DNA of 64,000 bases, from assembly GCA_046331705.1 (NCBI GenBank), contig JAXLQJ010000004.1, positions 62,001 through 126,000 on the forward strand, written 5' to 3'. Shown in pieces: positions 1 to 11,547 of this stretch; the first letter of the stretch is position 1; every line of letters starts with the position of its first letter. Origin of the DNA: a bacterium. Lineage in GTDB: Bacteria; JADJOY01. A program made the position numbers and the translations under genes. The notes beneath the pieces were generated by a model, which saw nothing but the letters and a program-made list of their open reading frames with translations, searched no databases and had not been told where the DNA came from.

Positions 1-752
1 GCCGCCGAGCAGCGCGGTGGTGGGCACGTTGAGCACCCGGCTCCCGCGACCGGGCTCGGCCTCACCCGCAACTCGCCCGACTTCCGCCGCCTCGTCACCC
101 TCGGACGAATCCGCTGGCTACTGGAGCCCGCGGACCCGATCAACTACGCGCCCCACTGGTTTCGAGGGCCGCTCGCCGGCGTGCCCGCCAAGAACATCCT
201 GCATGCTCTCGGTCCCCGGCGACACCTTCGTGCCGATCAACACCCAAGTCGCGGTCGCGCGCGCGGCGGGGCTCTTCGGCTCGGTCGACGACCCCGCTCG
301 ACGGCAGCCCGCGGACCCTGGAGGAATGCGGCGCGGATCTACTCCGACTGCGACTGCGTGAACCTGACGCTCGCCGCCAAGGAAGTGATGCTCGGCTTCG
401 ACGAGCCCCCCGAGCACCCGCGCTACGACATCGACGGCCGGGAGCATTGCGGGGGCCTCGGACCGCTGGCAGCGCACCACGGCGCGACGCGGTACTCAGC
501 ATGCGCTATCCCTTCGCCAGCCAGCCGTACGGGCGCGAGGCCGACGGCTCGCCTGGTCGCCGGGCGAGCACTGGTTCATGGCCTTCCTCCGACTGGACCA
601 TCCCGGTGAACTGGGGCATCTACGCGCACCAGGAAGAACCAGATCGCCGCGTTCTTCGATCACGATGGCGGCGAGCCGCCGGTGGATGCGCGTGCCCGGC
701 TACCAACCACTCGTGCGGGCACCGCGACGCTCCGCCGGACGCCGCGCCATGA
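1..752 (+). CDS. 3' part of a probable secreted alpha/beta-hydrolase (lipase-like) protein; frameshifted and truncated by the window start
   Basis: Fragments in different frames read LEPADPINYAPHWF (121-162) and GDTFVPINTQVAVARAAGL. These resemble the DPxDPINYA and GDxxVP segments of secreted lipase-like proteins. The stop at 750-752 overlaps the next ATG (ATGA). Confidence 0.4.
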
Positions 753-2492
753 CCGTCGCCCGCTGGCGGGCTCGCGCAAATCGTGGCCGCGGCCGTGCTC
801 GTCGGGGCGGCGATCATGCGCCTGCTCTCGATCGATCCGCGCCACGAGCGCGTGCGCCTCGCCGAGCACGTCTCGATCGCCGAGACGCCACGCGCCCGCT
901 GGACGATCGCGGACGTGAGCACGGCGCCGATGGCGGCGCGGTTCCGCGCCCGTGGAACTCCGACCTCAACTACGGTTTCAGCTCCTCCGCATACTGGCTA
1001 CGGATCGGGCTGGCGCCCGCTCGGCACGCCCACGGAGTGGTTCCTGGAGATCGCCTACCGCGGTCTCGACGAGGTCGAGCTCTACGTGCCCGACGGGCAC
1101 GGCGGCTTCTCCGTGTCGTCCGCCGGGGATCGCAAGCCGTTCGGTGCGACAGGTGGCCAATCGCTTCCCGGCGTTCAGCTCGCGCTTCGTGGGCCGGAGA
1201 CCACGGTGCTGCTGCTGCGCGTCGCCAGCGCGGGTCCGGTCGTGGTGCCGCTCGAGCTGTGGTCGGCCGAGGCGTTCCGGCGCCATCAGCAGGTCGACAA
1301 CTACGCGCTCGGCATCCTGTGCGGCGTGCTGGTGGCGCTCGCCATCCAGGCCTGCTCTTCTTCGCATCGTTGCGCGAGCCGGCCTACGGGTGGAAGCTTC
1401 CTCGCCATCGCCTCGCTCGTCACCGGTGACCTCGTCGAGGCGGCGTCGCGTACCAGCATTTCTGGCCCAACTGGCCATGGTGGGAACCACTCGCTGCTGG
1501 TGCTGCTGGCGCTCGCGGCGGTGTGCTTCATCCGGTTCTCGCGGCACTACCTGGACACGCTGCGAGCTCTTTCCGCGCCTCGATCTCCTTCCTCGGACGA
1601 GTGACGCTGGCCGCCGCCGCGACGGTGCCGCAGCGTGATCGTTCCCTATTGGGTGGGAATCCGCGCCGCGACGCTGCTCACCTTCGGCGCCATCCCGCTG
1701 CTCACGGCGTGCGCCGCGGGACGCGCGCCGCCATCACCGCTCGGCGCGTTTCTACCTGGCCGGGCTGGCGGCGCCGTTCGCCGGCGGCATTCTGTTCGGA
1801 TTGGAGGAACCTGGGCTGGATCGAGCCGAGCTGGCTCACCCGCTTCGGCTTCGACGGCGGCATGCTGCTGTTCGCGCTGTTGCTGTCCAGCAGAGTTGGC
1901 GGATCGGGTAGGCGCGATCCGACGCGACAGGCGCGCCGAGCACGCCTCGGCGATCGACGACCTCACGGGCATCCCCAATCGCCGCAACTTCGACACGGTG
2001 CTCGCACGCGAGTGGGCCGGGCCGGTCGCGTCGATGCCTCGATCTCGGCGATCGCGGGCAACCTCGTTGGTTCAAGCACGTTTCAACGACGCCTTCAGGC
2101 ACCTCGCCGGCGGCAAGCGCTGCGCCGGGTCGCGAGCGCGCTCAGCCACGCGCTCAACCGGCCGGCGGACGTCGTGGCCCGCTTCGGCGGCGAGGAATTC
2201 CGCTTCGTGGTGCTTCCCGACACCGACGCGTCCAGGGCACTGCACGTCGCCACCGCGTTGCAGGCGGCGGTCGGCGCGCTGGGGATCCGTCTCAGGCCGT
2301 CGCCCGGGGCCAGGATGCTCTCGCTGAGCCTCGGTATCGCGACCGCGCGACCGCCGCTCGGCGCCGACCCGCACAGCGTTGGTGGCGTCCGCCGACCGCG
2401 CGCTCTACCGCGCCAGGGCGGGGACGGAACCGCATCGAGGTCTCCAGCACCGCGACCCTGCGCTGGGGCCAGCGCCGCGCGCTGGTACGTGA
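749..2492 (+). CDS. 7TM-DISM sensor diguanylate cyclase (GGEEF); multiple frameshifts
   Basis: NYGFSSSAYWLRI and WFLEIAYRGLDEVELY (7TMR-DISMED2-like), hydrophobic TM stretches, DDLTGIPNRRNFD, and RPADVVARFGGEEF (RxxD I-site plus GGEEF). The pieces lie in ORFs 578, 783, 1635 and 1523. The end is approximate. Confidence 0.8.
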
Positions 2493-2498
2493 TCGCGC

Positions 2499-4202
2499 TC
2501 ACCAGCCGAATCGAGACGCAGCCGGACCTCGTCGATGTCGACCCGATCGACGCCCTGCCCGTCGCGGAGCGCGGCACCGCTGAAGAGGTGACCGAATTCG
2601 AGCGCGGCCTCGACGTACCCGTCGAGGCCGAGCGGCTGGCCTTCCTGGTGAATCGCGACGTCACCTCGACGCCGAGATCCTTCGAGCGGACGTCCCCGCC
2701 GAACGAGTTCCAGGCATGCCGAGCACCACCCCGAAGAACGCGTCGTTGAAGGGGTCGACCCACGGCTCGAGGGCGCGAGCCAGACCAGGCCGACCAGCGA
2801 GGTGCCAGGCACGGGATCCCACCTCCGACCGGATTGAGGTAGAAGCGCGTTGGTGACGGAGCCGTCGCTGGCGAGGTAGTTCGCCGAGGAACGCCACGGG
2901 GCCGCCCTCGCCGAGCTGGTCCACCACGTTGAACGCCTGGGCGCGGTCACCGTCGCCAACAGCTCGTCGAGGGATCAAGCCGACGTTGTAGTCGGATAGA
3001 ATCGGAAATCCGTGACGCGGTCGTCGAAGCGGTTGCCGTCACCCGAGGCCGCGCCGCCCTCGAGCGGATGCCCACCGACTCCGACTCGGCGACCAGCCGC
3101 GATGCCGCGCCCATTGCTCGGCGTCGCTCACCAGGCGCAGGTCCGACGGAGTCGCGGCGACCCGCAGGCCGTGAAATTGGTCACCCCTTGCCGTCCATAG
3201 GCGGCTTCCCACTCGACGCGGAGCTCGAACCCGCGCGCGGTATCCGCTGCCACCACGATGCGGCCGCTGGTGTCGAGGACCCAGGCATCGAGGATCTCGC
3301 GCGCGGGGCGGCCGGTCCGCTCACGAGGCGGTCGTCGTGGGTCTGCTCGCGGCGGACCGCGTAGAACCCATTGCTTGGCGCCGCGGCCCGCCGGCGCCGC
3401 GATGGGCGACCGGCTCGCGAAACGCCGTCGAGCCGCGGGCATCCCACAGCAGCGCCGCCGAATACCGCGGCGTCGTCGCCGGGCTCGACGACAGCGCCGC
3501 GACACGCCGAAATCGTAGCCGAGGCCGAGCGTGAGCGGGTCGGCTCGCCGCGTCCGGGACGCGTGCCGGTCGTCAACGCCTCGATCACGGGGTGGCTTGG
3601 TGCCGAAGAGCACGCGGTCGGAGGCACGTCGCCCAGGTGGGAATCGCCGAACGCCGCGTCGTCGCGGTCGCCGTCGTTGGCGACCATGCCGAGGAACCCC
3701 AATGGCTGGGCTGGCGACCGAAGCGCAGCGTGCCCGCCGGGGATCGCCCTCGGCCACGCGCCGGTTGACGCGGAAGCTGGCCAGGCTGTCCGCCCAGCTC
3801 GTTCCGCAACGGCAGCTGATCCGAATAGGCGAGGAACAGGCGATCACCCGTGTCACTGAAGAGCACGCCGTCCAGCACGTCGATCGCCGCGTGCACGCTC
3901 AGCTGGCCGAAGAGCTCGAGGCGTGGCTCCACGCGCAGTCGGTGCTCGCCGGTGAGCCCCGCGTCGAGCCCTTCGGTGATCAGGGAGCGTGGCTTGGGGC
4001 GTCGCGCCAGGCCCGGCACCTCGGACGCGTAGGCCAGCCGGAATCGATACGCGTCGATCGCGAAGGATCCGTCGCCCCACTCCACCAGCGTGGCGGCGCC
4101 GGCGTCGCGCGCCGCGCAGACGCTGGCGGCGACCAGCGCGGCGCGAGCCAGCGCCGCCGCGGCGCTCCGGGTGCCCAGGTCAGCCGCGGCAGGGATGGGC
4201 AT
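2499..4202 (-). CDS. Outer-membrane beta-barrel protein, TIGR04551-like; multiple frameshifts
   Basis: Signal-peptide-like N-terminus, EHRLRVEPRL, IDVLDGVLF, LRFGRQPSHWG/FLGMVANDG...FGD, DRVLFGTKP. With a one-base correction the C-terminus reads RLRLDFGW-stop, with the terminal aromatic residue typical of OMPs. Confidence 0.6.
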
Positions 4203-4337
4203 AAGGGGATGGCCGACCGATCGAGTCATGTTCCGCGCACACGCGCGCGACCGCGACGGCGCGGTCGGATACACGCCCGCCGTCCGCAACAAGTCGCCGC
4301 TGGCGGCCGCGAAGATCCTTGACGCGCGCGACGGCCG

Positions 4338-6336
4338 ATGGCATTTGCAGCGAGCGCCCCGGCTCACGACGAGCACACGCGCAGGCCCTCGTCGATGGTC
4401 GCGTTCACGTACCTCTCGGATCTCAACGGCGCGAACGGGCACCGCAGCGGCCGCAGCGCGGCCGCGGCGCTCTACCTGAGCTGGACACGAGGTCGCTGGT
4501 CGGCGTCGCCGAACCGCTGGTCGCGACCGTGAGCCTGCCCGAGCGCAGCTCGCCGACCTGGTGCTCAACACCGCGCGCTCGTGGCGGACGCGGTCACCAG
4601 TCCTTCTACCCCGCGCTCTTCGCCGACCTCGGCCTCCACCACACGGGCTCGGCCGCCGCCGTCTCCGCGCTCCTGCTCGGCCGGCGGCGCACCGCCACCC
4701 TCGCGGCCGCCTGGCATCCCGCACGCTGCGCAGCCGACGCATCGTCGACCGTGACGATCTCGCCCACACCGCGCCCAACACCTTCCGCATGCCCGTGACC
4801 CTGCGCGGCGACGCCGCGCCCGGCGAGGTCGAGCGAATCGACTCTACGCGATGCTCGAGGGCGCGTGACCGCCGAGCTCGCGCGCGTGGGCGATGTGGAT
4901 CGGAGGTGGTTTCCACGGCCAGCACGTGGTGGTCGTGCCCTGGCTGATGCTGCGCCGCTCGGCGGCGTGCTCGATCCGATCACCCGATCGTGCGCAAGGC
5001 GCAGGGGAAGTCCCGTTCGGCGGCGCGCGCGGCGCTCGCGGGCTCGACCGCCGCGCGCGCCGAGCTGCCGCGTGTGGACATCGAGCCCGCCAGCTCGACG
5101 TCGTTGCAGGCGCTCGTGGGCACGACCCGCGCGTGATCGAGTGTCTCGACATCCGCGACTTCGGCCGGGGTGGACTTCCATGCCCAGGGACGAGACCCGT
5201 TCGTCATCGAGGTCGATCCGCTGCCGGGGCTCGAGCCGAGCGCCACGCTGTGCGTCGCGGCCGCGCTGCGCGGTCTCGAGGAGCCCGGAGCGAGTGCTCG
5301 ATGCGATCGTCCTCGCTGCGCGACACCTGGGATCCCGACACGCGCGACGCGCAGCGGACGCGCAAGCGGCCGCTGCGCGTCGGATTCACGTTCAACGTGA
5401 AAGCGCGACGCCCGATCAAGGCGTCGACGAGAACGAGGCCGAGTACGACTCGCCGAAGACCATCGGCGCCATCCGACGCGATCGCGTCGCTCGGCCACGA
5501 GGTGATCGACCTCGAGGCGACGCCCCAGCTTCCCCCCACTCGCCTGGTGGCGGCGGCGACAACGTGGCGGTCTTCAACATGAGCGTGCTGGGCGAAATCG
5601 CCGGTCGCAGGTGCCGGCTGCTCGAGCTGCTCGGCATCTACGGCTCGATCCACGGCGCTCGCGATGGCCATCGACAAGGGCTCGCCGGCAACTCGGTGGC
5701 CGCCGCGGGGTCGCGACGCCGGCGTGGTTCCTCGCGCCGGCCGCGAGCGCTTCCCCGCGAGCTCGGCTTCCCGGCGATCCGTGAAACCCGTGACCGAGCA
5801 GCTCGAAGGGCGGCCGGTGCCGAAGAGCTGGTCGAGAACGAAGCGCAGGCGCGCGCCCGTCGCCCGCGAGATGATCGAGCGCTACCAGCAACCGGCGCTG
5901 GTGGAGGCTGCCGGGCCGGGAGTTCACCGTGGGGCTGCTCGGCGAGCGCAATCCACGCGCGCTGCCGCCGATGGAGATCGTGTTCCTGGACAAGCGCAAG
6001 CGGCCGGTCTACGCCTTCGAGCACAAGCAGGACTGGAGCAAGGAGATCGCTACGGCCGCCCGCGCGGGTGGACCCGGCGCTCCTGCGCGAGCTCACCAAG
6101 GCCGCGTTGACCGCGTTCCACGCGCTCGGCTGCCGCGACGTGGCGCGGGTGGATCTGCGGCTCGATACGGCGGGACGCGTGAACTTCGTCGAGCTCAATC
6201 CGCTGCCCGGGCTCTCACCGGGCTGGTCGGACCTCTGCCTCATCGCCGCGAGCGCGGGGATCGAGTATCGCGATCTGATCGGTCGCATTCTCGCACCCGC
6301 GATCGGCGCTTCCATGCAGGGCGCCGGGTCGCTTGA
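4338..6336 (+). CDS. Tandem D-Ala-D-Ala-ligase-like ATP-grasp protein (two ATP-grasp modules, apparently fused); multiple frameshifts
   Basis: Module 1: PDLVLNTA, QSFYPALFADLGLHHTGS, LDIRDFGR, VIEVDPLPGLEP. Linker RDAQRTRKRPLRVGFTFNVK. Module 2: EAEYDSPKTI, LGHEVIDLEA, EFTVGLLG, GCRDVARVDLRLD, FVELNPLPGLSPGWSDL. Confidence 0.75.
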
Positions 6337-6485
6337 GGTGACCGCGATCGACGCCCGAGACGTCACTGAGCGCGGGCGCCTTCTCCACGTCGCCTTCCTG
6401 GTCGACGTTGCCTCGTCGCGACGAACGGCAGATCGAGAATCGAGATCGCAGCAAAACGCTTGTGTCGATTGACGACTTCCATATC

Positions 6486-8038
6486 ATGAAGTTAATCCAT
6501 TCACGATAAGAACCAGGACGCGTTCGAACGACTCGAATGCCACGACGACGCACCCACTCGAAGATCTCCACAGCGACCCCTGCGCTTTGTGGGCGAAAGC
6601 CTCGACCCTATCATGCGCGCACATCGGTCCCGCGGTCGCAACGACGTCACCCAGACCGCCGGAGGACTTCGGCTCGGCGTCTCCAGCCAGGGCTTCGTAG
6701 CCGGCGGCCCGACTCAAGATCGCGTCGCGCGACGTCGCTTCGAGCAACGAAGGTCGCTCCGGTGGCATCCGTCGGCCCCAGGGAGAACGGTCGGCGGGCT
6801 CGACGCCGACCCCTCCTTGTGCCGCCACGGCCGACCCACACTGCGATCGATCTGTGGAAGGACGTTCCCGCCAGAAAGGCCGGGCGGACTGGCGGTGGCA
6901 GCTTTACCGAGCATTCGATCTCCGAGGCGTTGGAGCAGGTCGCCTCACGCCCGAGGGCGTGACGGGGTCCTCTCCACCCAGCGCGAGTTCCAGATGTCCG
7001 TCGCCTTATCTCGTCTGCGCACTGATGGACCCGTGCGATCCGCATTGCCCGGTGCGCATGCAGTTCGTGCGGGTGCCGGGGATATTCCGGGCTCGGCTCG
7101 GGCGCGACGGACTCCCTCGGCGAGGACGCCCATCGGGTGGCGCCTGGGCTCGTGCACCGCTTCTTCGGACCGCGTGCTCTTCCTCGTCAACAACATGTGC
7201 GCAGCTGCAGTTCTGCACGCGCAATCCTCACCGGGCTGCTCGAACGAGGTCCTGCCCAAGAAGCAGCAGATCGAGCAGACGCTCGGCACCCATCTGCCAA
7301 GCACCCGAAGTGCGCGACGTGCTGATCTCGACGGCGGCCGTTCACCATGTCGGACAAGGCCTACAGGTACGTGATCTCTCCTGCGCGAGATCCCGTCGAT
7401 CGAGATCATCCAGTTCGGCACCAAGATGCCGATGTTCGCGCGATGCGCATCACCGACGATCCTGGTGCGGATGCTGGCCGAAGTACCCATCCATCTGGAT
7501 CAACACGCCGCTTCATCATCCCAAGGAGCTGAGCTCCGAGAGCCAGGCCGGCCTGCGCGCATCGATCAACGCCGGGATCCCGCTCGGCAATCAGACGGTG
7601 CTGCTCCGCGGCGTCAACTCGAGCCCGCGGGTGGTGAAGGAGCTGATGCACAACTGGTGCAGAAACCGCATCCGGCCCTACTACCTCTTCCAGTACGTCG
7701 GCCAGCGAGGAAGAGCTGGAACACCCGGACGCCCCGATCGAGACCGGCATCGAGATCACGTGGAGTCGCTGCGCGGCGCGGACCTGCGGCTTCGCCGTGC
7801 CCGTTCGTCGTCGATCTGCCGGGCGGTGGCGGGAAGGGCGCCCGTCGCGCCCAACTACTTGAACGCGTTGACCCAGTCGAAGGCGTTGATGCGCAACTTC
7901 GAGGTCGCGCCTTCCCTGCCGCAACCGCTGCAGACCGATTGCACGGTGAAGTACGAAGACAAGTGGATGCGCGCCGGCAACGAGCTCGCGGCCGCCGCGA
8001 GCGACGCGGCGCAGCGTACGACGAGCCGCCGGCCTTGA
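6486..8038 (+). CDS. kamA: KamA-family radical SAM/PLP amino acid 2,3-aminomutase (lysine 2,3-aminomutase-like); multiple frameshifts
   Basis: DLWKDVP...DWRWQL, DPHCPVRMQ, PGLVHR, DRVLFLVNNMC...FCTR (broken CxxxCxxC), EVRDVLIS, HPKEL, AGIPLGNQTVLLRGVN, RPYYLFQ, VVDLPGGGGK (PLP lysine), PNYL, MRNFE. The start is approximate. Confidence 0.85.
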
Positions 8039-8336
8039 GCGTGGTCGGCAGCACGGCGTCGAGGCCCCGCTTCGAGCTGGCCGCTCAGGATCGAAGATCT
8101 GCGCGGCGCCGAGCCGATACTTGAAGCCTGACGACGCGCTTCGTCCACCGCGCTCGAGGGGCGTGCTGCGGGTTCCGCGCAGCGCGCCCTTCGTCGTTAG
8201 CCCGCGAGCTCCAAGCGCCGGACCCGACGACGGTGCCTGGCGCTCGGCTGCAGCGCTCGGGCGTCCTTGGAACGCTCTGGGCGCCAGTGGAATACTCGCG
8301 CCCCGACCCAACGATCCGCGACGCCGAGGCCGCCCC

Positions 8337-9531
8337 GTGAACACACCGCCACCTTTACATCACCTGCCCGAGCCCGACGCCATCCGGCACCGCGCCGCCC
8401 GCGCCATCGAGGCCATCCGCAACGGCGGTCTCGTCGTGCTCACGGATGACGAGCGCGACTCGAGCGAAGGCGCGCTGGTGATGGCGGGGCACATGCGCAT
8501 CACCCCCGAGACGGTCAACTTCATGGCCAGCTTCGGTGGCGGGCTGGTGTCGTAGCCCGCTCACGCTCGAGCGCATTCGCCGCCTGGGCCTGGCGTTGAT
8601 GCCGGTGCGGAACCGCGGACCCGCGACCCCGCGTTCGCCGTCTCCATCGAGGCCCGCCGCGGCGTCACCACCGGCATCAGCGCCGCCGACCGCGCACGCA
8701 CGATCGAAGTCGCCGTGGCCGAGGACACCCGGCCGCAGGACCTGATCTCGCCGGGACACACGTCTTCCCCGTGGCCATCCGCGAGGAAGGCGTGCTGGAG
8801 CGCGCAGCCCACGCGCGCGGAGGCGGCGGCCGACCTGACGGTGCTGGCGGGCTTCGTCCGGCGGCGGTCACCTGCGCCGTGCTCGGAGGACGGCGAGATA
8901 GCGCGCATGCCGGCGCTGCGCAAGCTCGCCGCCGACCACCACCTTCCGATCGTCAGCGTCGCCGACGTGATCGTGGCGGATCGCCAGCTTGAGCTGGTCG
9001 ACGAGGTGGCGCGGGCGCGGCTCGTAGCGCAATTTCGCGGGTCCGGTCGAGGTGCGCGTCTTCACCAACAAGGTGGCTCCACTACCTGACGCTGGTGCGC
9101 GGCGCGATCATTCCGACGTGCCCACGCTGGTGAGGTCCATTCGAGCGACGTCTGGGGCGATGCATTCACGGCGTTGCGGCGGGACAGGGCGTGTTGCTTC
9201 ATCGCGCCATCGAGCAAGATCGCCAGCGCCCCTGCGGTGTCGTCCTCTACATCCTCAAGCCGTTCACCGCCGACGGGCTGGTGCTGAAGGCCTCACCGAG
9301 CCACACCGAAGCCGTCGAGCACGCGCTCCGAGGGATCTGCGCGAGACCGACACCTACCCCACGCGCTGCGCGACTACGGTCTCGGCGCCCAGGTGCTTCG
9401 GCGGCTCGGACTCAAACTGCGTCTCATCACGCACAATCCTGCACTACGTCCGGTCGGGCTCGAGGGCTTCGGTCTCGGCGAGCACGGTCGAGACCCTCGC
9501 GCTCCCGTCGGGCACGAGCCGGCCGCGTTGA
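8337..9531 (+). CDS. ribB: RibB/RibA-like two-domain protein (DHBP synthase fold plus GTP cyclohydrolase II-like fold) with degenerate motifs; frameshifted
   Basis: [75 protein letters not shown]. The C-terminal domain has [22 protein letters not shown] and LRLITHNP. Confidence 0.75.
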
Positions 9532-9546
9532 GCGAGCCTCGCGCGC

Positions 9547-11280
9547 GTGGACGCGGGCGGCGCATCCATCGGCGCTTCGCTCGCGGGCGCGCCGACGGCG
9601 GAATCCGCACCGAGCTTCGCGGCCATCTTCCGCCGCATTCTCGAGCACCGCTGGCGATCGAGCCCCGTCACCGCGACGATCGACGGTGTCGCGGGACACG
9701 ATCACGAGCTCGATAGCTTCGCCCCCGCACCCTGGAAGCGCAGCTCGCCGAGACCGCGGGGCTGGCGCGGCTGCTCGCCGAGCTGCCCGACGATGCGCTG
9801 ACGGCCCGGACGAGCGCCTCAGCCGAGCCCAGGTCCTCGGCACGCTCGAAGCGAATCTTCACGACTGGCACCGTGCGCACCTGGACGTGGAACCCGGCGA
9901 TCCTATCCGGAAACCGCGATCTATGCGTGTTATCTGCTCGCCCAGTGCGCGAGTCCCGTCCGCTCGGGCGGATGCGAGCGCTCGCGGCGCGCAGGTGAGA
10001 TCCCGCGGCTGCTCGCCGAGGGTCTCGCCAACCTCGACGGCCCGGCGCGCGTCCTCTCCGAGAACGCCATCGAAACCTGTGCCGGCGCTCGCGAGCTTCT
10101 TCGGCACCACGCTTCCCGCCGTGGCGGCCGCGACCCGCGCCCGCCATCCGTGACCGGGTCGCGGCAGGCTCGGCCGACGCGGCCGGCGCGCTCGACGCGT
10201 ATGCGGCGCGATTGCGCGAGCAACTCGACGCCGGTGGGGCGGTTCGTAACGCAGCAGTCGGCGAGGCCGCGTTCACGCTGCGCTTCGAGAAGGCCCACGG
10301 CCTCGCCATCACGACCGACGCGCTGCTCGAGCTCGCCGCCCGCGTGCGTCGCGAGACCGAGAACGCCTCCGCCAGGTCGCGGCGAGGATCGATCCCCATC
10401 GCAGCTGGCGCGAGCTGTGGCGCGAGATCGGCAGCGACCACCCGCCCAGGAGGCCGTTCTCGACGCCTACCGCGGCGAGGTCGCCCGGGTTCGCCGGTTC
10501 GTCGCCGAGCGGAAGGGCTGGTCGCGATCGCCGACGAGGACCTCGCGGTGGGTCGCGACTCCCGAGTTCGAGCGGCCGCTGATCCCGATCGCCGCCTACC
10601 TCCCCCCGCCCCGCTCGAGCCCGCTGGACGCGGGCTCTTCTACGTGACGCCGCTTCCCGACAGCCTCGAGGGCGAGGCGCGCCCGGCGTGGCTTGCCCAT
10701 CACGCATGGCCGAACATGTCGCAGCTGGTGGTCCACGAAGGCTTTTCCCGGGCACCACCTGCAGCTCGCCCGCGCCAAGCGGCGCGGGTCGAGGGCGCGA
10801 GCGCTCTACGGCACGCCGCTGCTCTGCGAGGGTTGGGCGCTCTACTGCGAACAGCTGATGGTGGAAGAAGGACTGAGCGAGGATCCACGAGTCGAGCTGA
10901 CCCAGCTGCGCGACGCCCTCTTCCGCACCTGGCGGGTCGACGTCGACGCGTGCGGCTGCACCGCGGCGAATGGACCGTCGAGGAGAGCACCGAGCGCTTG
11001 GTCGGTGCCGTCGGGCTCGATCCCGCCACCGCCCGCGCCGAGGTGCGTCGCTACGCCGCATGGCCGACGCAGGCCTCGACCTACCTGGTCGGGCGCGACT
11101 CTTGCTCGATCTGCGCGCGCGCGTTCGCGAGCGCGCGGGCGCGGGTTCGAGCTCGCCCGCTTCGACCGCGCTGAGCTTCGGCGGCCTCTCGCCCGCGCTC
11201 ACGCGTCGCGCGTTGCTCGGCGAGGTACCGTTCCCGTGATCGCGGCCTGGCCCGTTCGGCGGCGGCTGGTGGTAGCATGA
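9547..11280 (+). CDS. DUF885 family protein (putative metallopeptidase fold); multiple frameshifts
   Basis: SPVTATIDGVAGHDHEL, AVGEAAFTLRF, PIAAYLPP, GLFYVTP, VVHEG(F)PGHHLQL, EGWALYCEQLM, VRLHRGEWTVEE, EVRRYAAWPTQASTYLVG. Confidence 0.8.
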
Positions 11281-11317
11281 CCACGCGCACGCCGAGCAAG
11301 GTCGCGCCGCCCGCACC

Positions 11318-11527
11318 ATGGACATCCGCCTGCACCGAGCCGAAGAGCGCCGCCTGATGCGCGGCTTCGTGCTCAGTCTCGCTGCGCTGCTCGCCGGGAC
11401 CCTGGCGATGGCGCTCCTGATGTGGTGGGCCAACCTCTGGATCGCGAGAACGCGCCCTTCGGCGACCAGCTCGGCGCCGCCGGTCGTCGCCGAATCGGTA
11501 GCCCGCGTCGCCACGGGCGGGGCGTAA
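11318..11527 (+). CDS. Small single-TM hypothetical protein
   Basis: 69-aa ORF with one hydrophobic stretch (FVLSLAALLAGTLAMALLMWW), lying between co-directional genes. Confidence 0.45.
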   Translation: MDIRLHRAEERRLMRGFVLSLAALLAGTLAMALLMWWANLWIARTRPSATSSAPPVVAESVARVATGGA

Positions 11528-11547
11528 CCGCCCTCCGGACGAACGAC

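Noticed and set aside
8039-8336. Possible FMN riboswitch upstream of the ribB-like gene
   Set aside because: None of the conserved RFN segments (such as AGGGC...GAAATTCCCGACCG) are visible.
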